From the NCBI RefSeq assembly GCF_001194135.2, contig NC_068998.1, positions 37,250,127-37,314,126 on the forward strand: a DNA stretch of 64,000 nt, given 5' to 3'. Positions 40,577-53,499 of the stretch are shown one piece after another. Position 1 is the first letter of the stretch; each line of letters starts with the position of its first letter. The position numbers and the translations under genes were made by a program. Under the pieces are notes generated by a model. It saw only the letters and a list, made by a program, of their open reading frames with translations, did no database searches and was not told the DNA's origin. The stretch is from Octopus bimaculoides. Taxonomy: Eukaryota.

Positions 40577-41193
40577 TTATATATATGTATGTGTATATAT
40601 ATACAAACGTCCATACATGCACAAGCACGCACGCGCACACACACACACACACACATATGTTTCTGCCCAGTGGTATTCAAATTTTCATTTCAATATTATA
40701 AAATTCTAAAGACTAACAATTTTTATTTAAGATATCTTCATTTATATTAGCACGGCAATTACACAATTAAAACTTTGTAGATTAATTGATTTAAGAAAAT
40801 TGATCAACTTAATCAGTGATATCAGTCTTCCGGAAGTCTGACTAGTCATTTAGCAACAACATTTCTATTATAGTTTTATTAATTAATTAGTTCGTTCAAT
40901 AAAATTAACGAATTTGATCAATTTCGTAAAGTCTGACAAATATTTAGATGACAAGCTTTCAATATTACATGTAGCTATTATTTTACTGTTTATGAGTTTT
41001 ATATGAGGTATCGGGTAGCTGGATATAGTAGCCTGCTGGTCATCAAATTACGTTACTATACCTTCGAAAAGAACGGAATATTTAGTGAGTCCTAGATAAG
41101 CAGTGTTTGGAGACTACACAAACACACAAACAGTTATGTACGTATATCTGTATATGTGCTGTGTACGTATGTATGTATGCATCTATGTAGGTA

Positions 41194-41232
<39 letters not shown>

Positions 41233-42534
41233 TTGTTTAAAAGAGTTCCAACACTGTCTGTTTTTTATGTTTTATTTATATTCCTGCAGAACTAATGTGG
41301 GGTATAGAATATGGAATATACAATATATAATATAATATACAATATACAATATAAAATAAAATAAAATAAAAATGGATGGCACCATGGAAGAAAGTATTGA
41401 ATGTAGATGAAATATTGAGTGTTCAATATAAAGGATCAGATATNNNNNNNNNNNNNNNNNNNNNNNNNNNNNNNNNNNNNNNNNNNNNNNNNNNNNNNNN
41501 NNNNNNNNNNNNNNNNNNNNNNNNNNNNNNNNNNNNNNNNNNNNNNNNNNNNNNNNNNNNNNNNNNNNNNNNNNNNNNNNNNNNNNNNNNNNNNNNNNNN
41601 NNNNNNNNNNNNNNNNNNNNNNNNNNNNNNNNNNNNNNNNNNNNNNNNNNNNNNNNNNNNNNNNNNNNNNNNNNNNNNNNNNNNNNNNNNNNNNNNNNNN
41701 NNNNNNNNNNNNNNNNNNNNNNNNNNNNNNNNNNNNNNNNNNNNNNNNNNNNNNNNNNNNNNNNNNNNNNNNNNNNNNNNNNNNNNNNNNNNNNNNNNNN
41801 NNNNNNNNNNNNNNNNNNNNNNNNNNNNNNNNNNNNNNNNNNNNNNNNNNNNNNNNNNNNNNNNNNNNNNNNNNNNNNNNNNNNNNNNNNNNNNNNNNNN
41901 NNNNNNNNNNNNNNNNNNNNNNNNNNNNNNNNNNNNNNNNNNNNNNNNNNNNNNNNNNNNNNNNNNNNNNNNNNNNNNNNNNNNNNNNNNNNNNNNNNNN
42001 NNNNNNNNNNNNNNNNNNNNNNNNNNNNNNNNNNNNNNNNNNNNNNNNNNNNNNNNNNNNNNNNNNNNNNNNNNNNNNNNNNNNNNNNNNNNNNNNNNNN
42101 NNNNNNNNNNNNNNNNNNNNNNNNNNNNNNNNNNNNNNNNNNNNNNNNNNNNNNNNNNNNNNNNNNNNNNNNNNNNNNNNNNNNNNNNNNNNNNNNNNNN
42201 NNNNNNNNNNNNNNNNNNNNNNNNNNNNNNNNNNNNNNNNNNNNNNNNNNNNNNNNNNNNNNNNNNNNNNNNNNNNNNNNNNNNNNNNNNNNNNNNNNNN
42301 NNNNNNNNNNNNNNNNNNNNNNNNNNNNNNNNNNNNNNNNNNNNNNNNNNNNNNNNNNNNNNNNNNNNNNNNNNNNNNNNNNNNNNNNNNNNNNNNNNNN
42401 NNNNNNNNNNNNNNNNNNNNNGAAGGGGTACGGCAGGACATTTCATTTTTTCATGAGCTTTACACAGTACTCTACTATGTTTTTAACAAAATACCATAAC
42501 TATATATACATGCCTATTTATTTTTGTTTATGCA

Positions 42535-42844
42535 CCCTTTTAACGCCTAGCCAGGCACATGGGGTCGGTTTCCCGGTTTCTACGGCGTATGTGTCCCCCC
42601 CACACACACACACAGCTGGACGGGACGTCAGTCCAACGCAGCTTTACTCAAGAAACAGGAAGAAAGAGTGAGAGGCAGTTGGGGCGACAGAGTTCAACAG
42701 GGGTCGCCACCCCATTCCCCTGCCGGAGCCACGTGGAGCTTTAGGTGTTTTCGCTCAATAAACACACAACGCCAGGTTTGGGAATCGAAACAGCGATCCT
42801 CCGACCGCGCGTCCGCTGCCCTAACCACTGGGCCATTGCGTCTC
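42535..42844 (-). mobile_element. tRNA-derived SINE family D
   Basis: Reverse-complement head gagacgcaatggcccagtggttagggcagcggac..gtttcgattccc has clear A and B boxes. GC-rich body. Confidence 0.8.
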
Positions 42845-43989
42845 GACATATATGCATATGTCTTCATAAACTATAATTTATGCATACATAAAATCACACT
42901 TAAACACAAGGATATCTCTGTATAAACATTACACTCACATTCACAAAGAAAGCGAGTTAGAAAAGGGGAGAGAATAAAACATCTCACTCTCAGCAAATCA
43001 CATACAAATGCACAACAGTAACATATATGCTTATACATGCTATAAAAAACCCCTATGTAACTGAATACATCTTCCATGTACATCTACACGCTTGCACATT
43101 ACCTACGCAATCACATCACATACAGTTACATATATGTATATATATGTATGTATGTATACATACATACATATATGTGTGTGTACGTATGTATGTATATATG
43201 AGTATATGTGTGTGTGTGTATATATGAATATATATATATATATATATATATATTACTTAAATGTAAAAATCTTTCGTGCGCATACACATAACTACACATA
43301 CGAAGCTCCCTCATATATACACCTATAATTGTCCTCTGGATATCACTTATAAAATATATACACGATAAAACACCAATATGCCACAGCCACACACATATTA
43401 ATTTTTTTTATCAAAATTGTTTCAACAAGCAATGGCATTTGAATAAATCCCTTGCCAAATATACAAATGGCAAAATCATTGCACTTTGGGGCTTCCATAT
43501 TTACCATGCTATAACTAAAGACCACTGGGCTGAGTTAAAGAAAATATTCTACCGTTAGTGAAACGATGCATTGGATGTGACAGATGCCAAGAGCCTCTAT
43601 TAATCGATGTCATAAATATATCTGGTTATGATTATATATGCAGTTTGCAATAACACACTCTGGCTGGGAATAGCAGCGAACGACTGCAGTTGGTTGTGAC
43701 TGGGAAACATACTTATTGACTCCTACAGCATTAAACCTTCGTAGTAAAGCAATCCCTAGAATATTTGAAATTTTAATTCAGGTATTTTAGAACTTATTAA
43801 ATACTATCAGGTAGTCAACTTTTTCAGATGCGAATGAGTCCTTCCAATATCAGGACACAGCATTTAATTAGCAAGTGTGCGTGTGTGTGTATGTTGTGTA
43901 TACACAATGTCGAAACTGTTTGCCTGCTGACTCGATCAGTCTCCCATTTCTTGGATTCGTTACCTCCCCTTATATCGCACTACCCCGTT

Positions 43990-44250
43990 CGATATTGATA
44001 GAACTCCAACAAGCCGCACTCTGTCAACTCAAGATTCGATCTCCCATCTTTATCCTCTTGTGCTACAAGGACATATTTGTTACCACACCTGACATTGCCC
44101 AGAAAATGTACTGTTGATACCACCTTGCGCTTTTCCCTACAAGTCCTACGCGAGCAAAAAAGACTTTAAGACAAACCTAAACCTGCACCGACGTTATGAA
44201 AAGAGACCTCAAAATGATGCTCGTGTTGGGATTATATCAATCTTGTCTCG
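43990..44250 (+). mobile_element. Possible RTE-type RT 3' relic
   Basis: Only RQT*TCTDVMKRDLK (GRPxxTWxDVxKRDL-like) supports this. Confidence 0.3.
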
Positions 44251-44575
44251 TTCATGAGAAAAATGAATCAATCATTTGTCATAATGAAGAAGACCTCATC
44301 GAAACTCACTTTGCATAAACATGATCATTATGCAACTAGAGCCCTCGCAAATGTTGGCTCTCTGGAATTCCCTTCTGCTCTCCTCTTTCCAGCACTCGCC
44401 GAGATTGCACACTTCAAGAGGAACTTAAACAGTATCAATGTTTCCGGTCTCGTAGATTTACGAAGATTGCGGCCACTGCTCGTTTTGATATACATAGGAA
44501 AACGTAAAGTTATGTGGCAGTTTTTTCAACAGCACGCAGACTGTATTTCCAGTGTAAATATGCACAAAATATTAA

Positions 44576-45036
44576 CCTCTTAGCGCCATTGTCCTTTTTT
44601 TTTAGGACCAGAAGGATAATCCATCATATTTCTGCAACATCTGTATTTTTCTGAGATATCGTTAGCTAGTAACCAAGAATGGAAGGCAGCGAACTGGCAG
44701 AAACGTTAGCACGCCGGGCGAAATGCTTAGCGGTATTTCGTCTGCCGCTACGTTCTGAGTTCAAATTCCACCGAGGTCGACTTTGCCTTTCATCCTTTCG
44801 GGCTCGATAAAATAAGCATCAGTTACGCACCAGGGTCGATATAATCGATTTAATCCATTTGTCTGTCCTTGTTTGTCCCCTCTGTGTGTAGCCCCTTGTG
44901 GGCAGTAAAGAAATAAGAACGGAGTGTCTTTCATATATTGTAAAAAAAATTTTTATATATATTTAGTATCAGATAAAGTTGTATAAATAAGATTTTTGGT
45001 AATAAATCAAATAAAAAAAAATTAAGCGCTAATGGG
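44576..45036. mobile_element. piggyBac-like MITE with nested SINE
   Basis: TTAA at 44572-44575 and 45037-45040. TIR cctcttagcgc versus gcgctaatggg (9/11 match). Confidence 0.7.
44684..44914 (+). mobile_element. SINE family A (alternative 3' tail subfamily), young-looking
   Basis: aggcagcgaactggcagaaacgttagcacgccgggcgaaatgcttagcgg..gagttcaaattccaccgaggtcgac. TSD aagaatgga (44675-44683) / aagaacgga (44915-44923). Confidence 0.92.
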
Positions 45037-45424
45037 TTAAGGATAGTTGTCTTTCCTCATTTAGTAAGAACCATCATATATTATTTTATCATACTATAAC
45101 TACAGCAAAACTCTAGAACAGAGTTAGTGTGCATCGTTCTTTGACGTTAGGTGTATCCATACTTGTTCATACGAATGTCCATGAGTCATCATCGTTAGAT
45201 GTTGTCGGACTTGAAAATGAGCATTCAGTTGCTTAACTACTTTTATATCTTTTCGTGTAATTAACGTGTAAGTGGTTGAGTACTCTACAGACATGTCTAT
45301 TCTAAACGGAATTCTTCACTCCGCTCCACGCGATACCACGAGATAACAATATGTGATCACTGATTGAAAGGTATTATCGTAAGAGAAGGTGAGGGGGAGG
45401 AAAGTAAGAAAATTGACCCAGTAA

Positions 45425-45658
45425 AAGTTGATATTTTATGTGTGTGTATATGTTTGTGTGTCTGTGTTTGTCCCCCCAACATCGCTTGACAACCGATGCT
45501 GGTGTGTTTACGTCCCCGTAACATAGCGATTCGGCAAAAAAGACCGATAGAATAAGTACTAGGCTTACAAAGAATAAGTCCTGGGGCCGATTTGCTCGAC
45601 TAAAGGCGTTGCTCCAGCATGGCCAGTCAAATGACTGAAACAAGTAAAAGAGTAAGAG
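45425..45658 (+). mobile_element. SINE family B, 3' half
   Basis: tttgtccccccaacatcgcttgacaaccgatgctgg..aatgactgaaacaagtaaaagagtaag. Confidence 0.9.
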
Positions 45659-46341
45659 TAGCCCACAAAATATTTCAATAATTCTTATTCAATCCCTAAT
45701 AACATTTAACTATAAACATTTATTATGATTTTTTAACACCGAATGGCGAGGAGGGTTCCTCTGAGTAGAATAAGAATCAAAGAGGTCCTTAAATGAAAAA
45801 TGGTAGAGAAACACTGCTCTAGCGAATAATTTTAGTGTATTGTCATCATTCTTGTCGTCAGTGTTTCATTGTTACAGTTGCTTTTTCGTTGTTGTCAGGT
45901 GGTGTAAAACGCAGTTATTATTGTTGTTATCAATATAGATGTTGTTGTTGCTGCTATCAATATTGTTATTCTTATTGCTCTTCTAGGAGTCCTGATACTA
46001 GATTCTGTAGTTGCTGTGTATGTTACTGCTATTATTATGCACCCTGTTTTATCAATGGCTGATGTGTTGCTGTTTTGGCTGCCGTTGGAGCATGTTGCTG
46101 TTGTCGTATTTGTTTATGTTTCACGTGCTTGTTAATTGTTGTTGTTGTTGCAATTGTTGTACTTCTCAAAAACTTCTAACCTTCATTCCTGCAATTCATT
46201 CCTCGCATGATTGTGACAACGCTTCAGATTTCTAGCATTGATATAGGGAAACATGATATGCCTGCAGGTAGCTGAAACTAAATTCTATATGCACATGCAT
46301 TCATATACTTAAACATTCACACAGACAGAAACATAAGCGTG

Positions 46342-46376
<35 letters not shown>

Positions 46377-46554
46377 CCAGGCAACAGACGTACATCATAC
46401 ATTTACACAAATATATCTATTACGTATGTGGAAAATACATGCATATATATGAATATTTCTGAATGTGTAGAAAAAATATTTATATTCACATATATAAACA
46501 TATATATTATATACTTATATATGCATTTAAATGTATTTGATGTGCGTGTGTGTT

Positions 46555-46627
<73 letters not shown>

Positions 46628-46894
46628 ATATGTAAGTACATTTATATATATGTACACATATACATATATATATGTACATATATACGTATATATACATACT
46701 TATATACATACATTCAAACAAGTATCCATATATGCGAACATACCTTCATACTCATTATAAACAAAATGCATATTGTATATTTGTAAAAGTGTGTGTGTGT
46801 TCGTAGGGAGAGAGATATGTAGATAGATAGGTAGATAAATAGATGGAGAGATAAATAGATTGAGAGACAGCAGACAAACAAACAAATATGTACT

Positions 46895-47156
46895 TATTCT
46901 TTTACTTGTTTCAGTTATTTTGATTGTAGCCATGCTGGAACACCAGCTTTTTAGTCGAAGAAATCGATCCCTGGGCTTATGTATTGCACGCCTGGAACTT
47001 ATTCAATTGGTTTCTTTTGCCGAACCAAGTTACGGGGACACAAGCACATCAACATCGGTTGTCAAGCGATGTTAGGGGAACAAACACAGACCCAAACACA
47101 AGCACACGCACATACACACACACACACACACAGACACACAAACACATACACACACG

Positions 47157-47197
<41 letters not shown>

Positions 47198-47359
47198 GAC
47201 GGGCTTCTTTCAGTTTCCGTCTACGAAATCCAATCACAAGGCTTTGGTCAGCCCGAGGCTATAGTAGAAGACACTTGCACAAGGTGCCACGCAGTGGGAC
47301 TGAACCCGGAACCATGTGCTTGGGAAGCAGGCTTCTTGCCACACAGCCATGCCTGCGCC
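46895..47359 (-). mobile_element. SINE family B, near full length, followed by (AGAT)n
   Basis: Complete 3' part, central (CA)n(TA)n and head ending acacagccatgcctgcgcc. Confidence 0.92.
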
Positions 47360-47360
47360 T

Positions 47361-47434
<74 letters not shown>

Positions 47435-47529
47435 GGTGTATGCGAATGTGTACTCAGGTATATAGGTAGTGTATGTAAAAAAGTTTACATTCAGATATAT
47501 AACAGCTCATACGTATATATAATCTTACA

Positions 47530-47624
<95 letters not shown>

Positions 47625-49167
47625 AGATGCAACTACCAGCTCACATACACATATAAACGAAGTTTTGCACATTAACACAAGCTATTATAAACATAATTTG
47701 AAATATAGAGAATGCTTCATTTAATAAAGAATGAAATTAAACACCTTCTGGATAATAAAGGAAATGGTATCACCATATATATTATTTCTGCTTGGATAGA
47801 ATTTTGTGGTAACGATAATGTACGTGTAGTTTTCTGCGACTTTCATAAGAGAAAAAAAGCGCCTATCTGCTATTCATGGAGATGTTAATTGCTTCTAACA
47901 TGTTTTATTAACGTACCCATTCTTATGCAAATTAGATTAGCTAGTTTTCTTCAGTCCTAGTTTATCCACACTACAAATACCTACAAGAAATTTATCTTCC
48001 CCTTAAACATGGAGATAGAATACTCTGGAATGTGTATAGTTTTCACAGCGAGGCTACTCTGCATTTCAAATCATATGCAAAACGTTGTGCTCTATCAATG
48101 AATGGGTTAATTATATGCACGTCGTAGGCGTAAACAGGATTGCACAAACACACAGATGTTTATACATATACATGCGTGTATTTGCATGTTTGCATGCATG
48201 CATGTTTATTTATATGAATGCATGGTTGGGTGGATGTATGGAGGGAAGAGAAAATACCCCAAACACAGTAACTCGTACTCTTACATAGAAGCAGGCTGTT
48301 AGAAATCCATATTCCAATACAAATATACCGTCCATGTGCGTTGCACGTCTATATACATATACTTCCATACTTGTAAAATTCACTTTTCCCCACTGACATA
48401 GATTTCTAAAGAATACATATGAGTCTATATGTGTATGTGCTCGTGTGTGCTTGTGTGAATGTGTGCACATGTGTGTGAGTGTGTGAATGTGTGTATGTGT
48501 GTGTGTGCGTGTGTAGAGCGAGAGAGATACATACCGACAAGGAGAGACAAACAATCAGATATGCAGGCACACATATACAAATAGCCATATATGCATTTAT
48601 ATGAATAGTTTTATATACGCATATAGAAATACAGTCATGTTTGCGCACATACGAATATTTAAAGAAACAAGACACACCCACCGACTCGCAGACACATACG
48701 TGCATCCACGTATATATGAACCCCCACGCATAAACACACATATTTGCAAAACATTCGAATGCATACATAGCAACACAAATAAGCAGCACCCAGTCGCTCG
48801 TGTGCACGCGTACAGGCACATCTGCACACACATTCATACATACATATATGCACACGAAATCATATCCTCACTAATTTCCTCTCACGCACACACACGCACG
48901 CACACACACACATGTACATAGACACACAATGCGCGCACAAACGAATACATATACACGTTTACTCAAAGACATAACCAATTACACATATATCAATTGTGAA
49001 ACAGCTAAGAATAACAAAAAGCAAAGCATAGCCGAAACCAGGTTTCTCGTATAACTTGTAATAAAAGTAAAAAGCTAAGTGCATGGATGTAGAATAAAGA
49101 TAAAGAGACTTCCCAGCGTTGTTCTCCGTATTTTGTTTATTTGTCTTGTGCAGCTGTTTTGTGATGC

Positions 49168-49220
<53 letters not shown>

Positions 49221-49865
49221 TTGTTTTTATAGTTTCGTTCATTTGTTTCTTTTGTTTACGTTTTACTTCCTTCCTCAGCTAAGTCAGTACATCAGAAACT
49301 TGTGTTCTTCGCTAAGGCAGCTCACAATTATTTAAAGACACGATTTCAATTTATCTGTTAGGAACTCAGAACGAAAGAATAGCAACAGGCAACTATAACG
49401 ATGACGACAGCGACGATAATAGTGATGAAAACAATGACGTAAACAGCGCTTATTATCACAACCACCATCATCAATTTTACACCACAACCACCACCACCAC
49501 CACTAACAACAACAACAGCAACAGAGGCGACGACCACGGCAACATTAACGAAAAATGAAACAATATTTATTAAGATTAGTGCACTAGGTTACATACACAT
49601 TATAGAAGAAGGTATAATCCATTAAGTTTATCAACATACTTGATTGATTTATGCTTTCTTCAATGAGCTTAGAAAGATAAAAAGAATGCAAAATCGAAGC
49701 ATGGCGTAATGTAAACTGAGATCATAAAAAGGACATCACTAAATATTCTAATTTACATCATATCAAAACATCAATGCTTTGACAAAATGGTGCCAAAAGC
49801 AACTTTGACTTCCATCTTCCCGGCGTGGTTAACTAAAGGACGCTGAAGCTCTTAGATAGATCCTA

Positions 49866-49921
<56 letters not shown>

Positions 49922-50036
49922 NNNNNNNNNNNNNNNNNNNNNNNNNNNNNNNNNNNNNNNNNNNNNNNNNNNNNNNNNNNNNNNNNNNNNNNNNNNNNNN
50001 NNNNNNNNNNNNNNNNNNNNNNNATATATATATATA

Positions 50037-50077
<41 letters not shown>

Positions 50078-51151
50078 ATCTGTAGAAACATCCTTTGCGC
50101 GAAGGGGACAGGAAGTGAACACCCTTTCATGAGATCTCTGTATCTACGACAATGAAAAATGTAATATGTTACTAGGGTGACAAAAAAATATAGAACGTCA
50201 AATTAGATAACGTTCAGGATTTTCATTAAATATTCTGATGTCGAACTTTTCGCTTCGTTACAAACTTACAAACACGATTATATATTTCGTTTTTGCAGAA
50301 GAAACAGTTTTTTTTTTTAAGCCATCTGATCTCTAAACATCATCCTTGTTCTCTAGATTGTATTGATGGCTAAATTGAAACTAATGGCTAAATTGAAACT
50401 AAAACATTTGTTTCGAAACTGAAGGGAATAACAATCTGCGACTGATAAACACAACATGCTGGACAATAAAACTATGTTTACTTTTGAAATAAACGTTCCG
50501 ATTTCGAACCCTCACCTGTATTATAAAGACATTCAAGAATAAAACACTGGGTGACGATCAGCGATGAAATTTACTGAAACGCAGCGTAGATGTAGATATT
50601 GATAGCTAACATAGGCATAAAAAACAAATGTCTGGAGGTGAAAGTACAGTGGCCTAAATGAACTTCTTGGTCGGTACTTAATTTCATCAACTCCGGAACT
50701 TACCTTGGTAAGATTTGAACGAATATAAAAACCCTTAGAGTAAGAGCCAAAACATTTGTATTAGGTGGAGATGCACTTCGTCGACTTCTGCTGTTCAATT
50801 CTCCCTGGATTTTCTTACTAGTTTCCAATCCCAGGAGTTAGCTTTTGTGAAATTTGAACTCAGACTATAACGGCTTGTACCTAAACACCACAATCCATTT
50901 TGTCGGGCCCTGTTATGATTCTGACAATTGTAGATGTAATTATCATGGCATTTTTCTTCCTCAGAGATGAAATTAATTATGCGAAACATTCTAATCGTAA
51001 TTTAATATTCTCTTTGGTCCACCTACGTACGCATATGAATTTGCATTCCTCCGAAGATTAATGTTGCCTTTCGTTCCAATATGATGTTTATTGGAATCCA
51101 TTAAATTACATCCATTATAAGCCTGTTTCCCAGAAAATATGTTACCTAATA

Positions 51152-51605
51152 GGCGCATGACTGGCTGTGTGCTTACGATGCTCGCATTGTAACTGCTTGG
51201 CTTCGATTTCTGTTCCATTGCCCGCTACATTGGGCAAGTGCCTTCTACCATAGCTCAGATCCGATTAATGGCTTGAAAACAAATATGGTAGAGAGAAAAT
51301 CTGTTGGAACCCGTCGTGTGTATACACTAATACATACATACATACACACATACACACACACACATACATACATACATACATATATATGTGTATTCGTGTG
51401 TGCTACATATAATGGATATATGTGTTTGTGTTTGTGTTTATACCCCACCTCTTGACGATCGGTGATGGTTCTTTTTAGTCTCTGTATAAGAGAATAAGTA
51501 TCCGAGTCTAAAAACGTAATAAGCTGATTTCTTCGACTAAAATTTTGAATGTGGTGTTTCAGTATAAGCACAATCTAATGACTGAAACAAGTAAATGATA
51601 AAAGA
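51152..51605 (+). mobile_element. SINE family B
   Basis: ggcgcatgactggctgtgtg..gggcaagtgccttctaccatagc..central tract..aatgactgaaacaagtaaatg. Confidence 0.75.
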
Positions 51606-51685
51606 TAATATCAATGTGAAACATCGTTTCAATTATGATATTAAGGCCACTAAATTCGTGCATGATTCTAATTTTTCTTCTTTCC

Positions 51686-51847
51686 GTGACACTTTGGACA
51701 AGTGTGTTCTACTATAGCCCCTGGTCGGGTGAGTGAATTTGATGGACATGAACTGTGTGGGAGCCCGTCTTTTTATACATAAATACATATGAAATGTGTG
51801 TGTGTGTGTGTGTGTATCTGTCTGTCTGTGTATGTGTGTGTGTGTGT

Positions 51848-51879
<32 letters not shown>

Positions 51880-52315
51880 CTATCTGTCTGTGTGTATCTG
51901 TGTGTGTGTCTGTTCCCCCTTTCATTGTGTTGATAAATTTGTCTCCATAACTTAGACCGATTGAACATGTATCAGTCTTTAAAAAATATATCGATTTGGT
52001 CGACTAAATCAGTGGTTCTCAACCATGATTTGCCTCTGGACCCCTTTAGTTCCTATTTTACTCGGATGGATCCTATGAAGCATTCGGTGTTTAAAAGAAT
52101 CTTTCATTTTAATAATTAGAAACTCTATGCAATAATTGTTAAAACCTTTTGCACATTGATGAAGTATAACCAAATTAGTGCTCATACGTTTTAACTACAA
52201 AATCTTATATGGACCCCCAAAGGTCATATGGACCTCGTTTGAAAACCACTGGACTAAATCCTTCAATGTTGTGTCCTCCAGTATGGTAGCGGTCCAATAA
52301 CTGAAACAAGTAAAT
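51686..52315 (+). mobile_element. SINE family B interrupted by a hAT MITE
   Basis: gtgacactttggacaagtgtgttctactatagcc..gatttggtcgactaaat|MITE|ccttcaatg..actgaaacaagtaaa. Confidence 0.8.
52010..52251. mobile_element. hAT MITE, same family as 26537-26831, opposite orientation
   Basis: TIRs cagtggttctcaa / ttgaaaaccactg. Perfect 8-bp TSD gactaaat at 52002-52009 and 52252-52259. Confidence 0.93.
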
Positions 52316-52411
52316 ATAAACAATACGAAATAAATATAAAGGTAAAACATCGTTTCATATAGGATCGACTTGGCATATCCTTCTAATGTTTTTCTCTTCT
52401 TCTATTTGCAG

Positions 52412-52585
52412 CAGCCCAGCACCCTTTTCGAGAGAGGTTTCGGCGGACTAAGGCCCAAAAAGCTGTCCTTCCGAAATGTATCCAACTGTGTGATGCGCCT
52501 GATGCAATCAGTAAAATTCAATGCTGAAATACCATTCTCCAATGTACTCCTGTCGCCTGTAGATGAAAAGTCTACATCAAAACTG
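52412..52585 (+). CDS. ADCY1: Next coding exon of the same adenylyl cyclase: C1b region with the calmodulin-binding segment
   Basis: Branch-like ctaat, pyrimidine tract and cag acceptor ending at 52411; donor CTG|gtaagt at 52586. The exon is 174 nt, phase 0-0, and only that frame is open: QPSTLFERGFGGLRPKKLSFRNVSNCVMRLMQSVKFNAEIPFSNVLLSPVDEKSTSKL. AEIPFSNV and the basic amphipathic KKLSFRNVSNCVMRLM correspond to the AC1/rutabaga C1b calmodulin-binding region. It joins in frame to the 36052-36193 exon. Confidence 0.9.
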
Positions 52586-52756
52586 GTAAGTCTCCAGCTA
52601 CATTCTACTTTAATGAAAGAACTATACTAACAAAATGGTCACGCGACTACTTTTGACTTATTTCTCTTTATTTTAGTCGGTGGGTTCAATATGAACTTTT
52701 TACTTCTGACAATCTGTTACTAAATGTCACTAGAATATGTTACCAATGATTATGTT

Positions 52757-53356
52757 ATCATCATCTGATATTATTAAGTTATATTTCATATGATATTATT
52801 CGTGTAAAGTCATATTTAACACATTCGAGTGTATTCAAACGAGAGAAGACCTTTCACGGTAGTAATAGTCCCCAGGTGAAAATGCTCCCACTAGACATAG
52901 ATTGGGCTGTACATGAGTTCACTAGACCGTAGGACGCATTCATTTCTTTGTTCTTTCGTTTCACTAACTACGAACACCAAATCTGAAAGAACTATTCTAA
53001 CGAAATGCTCCTATGACCACTTTGTCTTGCTTCTCTCTCTCTCTCTCTGAGTCGTTGGATTCAACTTGAACTTTTAGATTCTGAAAATTTGTTGCTAAAT
53101 ATTATTAGATTGTGTTGTCAATATGAAATCATCATCAGATATTATTAAGTTATATTCTATATGATATTCATGTGAAGTCATATTTAACAGGTTCGAGAGT
53201 ATTTGTACAAAAGAAGACCATCCGCTATAGTAATAGACCCCATGTTAAAATACTCCTACACACAGAATGTGCCTAGGGTTGTGCGTGACTTCATTGGACT
53301 GTAGGACACATTCATTTCTTTTCCTTTCGTTTCACTGACTACACACACCAAATCTG
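52757..53356. repeat. Diverged direct duplication of ~229 bp (52757-52985 and 53128-53356)
   Basis: Both copies run atcatcatc.gatattattaagttatat..gtaggac.cattcatttc..caccaaatctg, offset by 371 bp. Confidence 0.9.
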
Positions 53357-53499
53357 TCCTTCACAGCCCAATAGGAACGAAATTATTCTCACTAAAACTG
53401 CCTACAGTATGTTTGCTGATGTGCACAGAAATTGAGAGATGTTGGTACAATCTACGGCACCAGCACTTTTAGAATGCCAGAAAATTTAATTTCAGTGCA

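Larger units (their letters stand above)
36194..52411 (+). other. 16.2-kb GT-AG intron of the adenylyl cyclase gene
   Basis: Bounded by gtaagt and tttgcag. The flanking exons join as HPRK|QPST, collinear with AC1-type proteins. No intervening cyclase exon seen. Confidence 0.8.
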
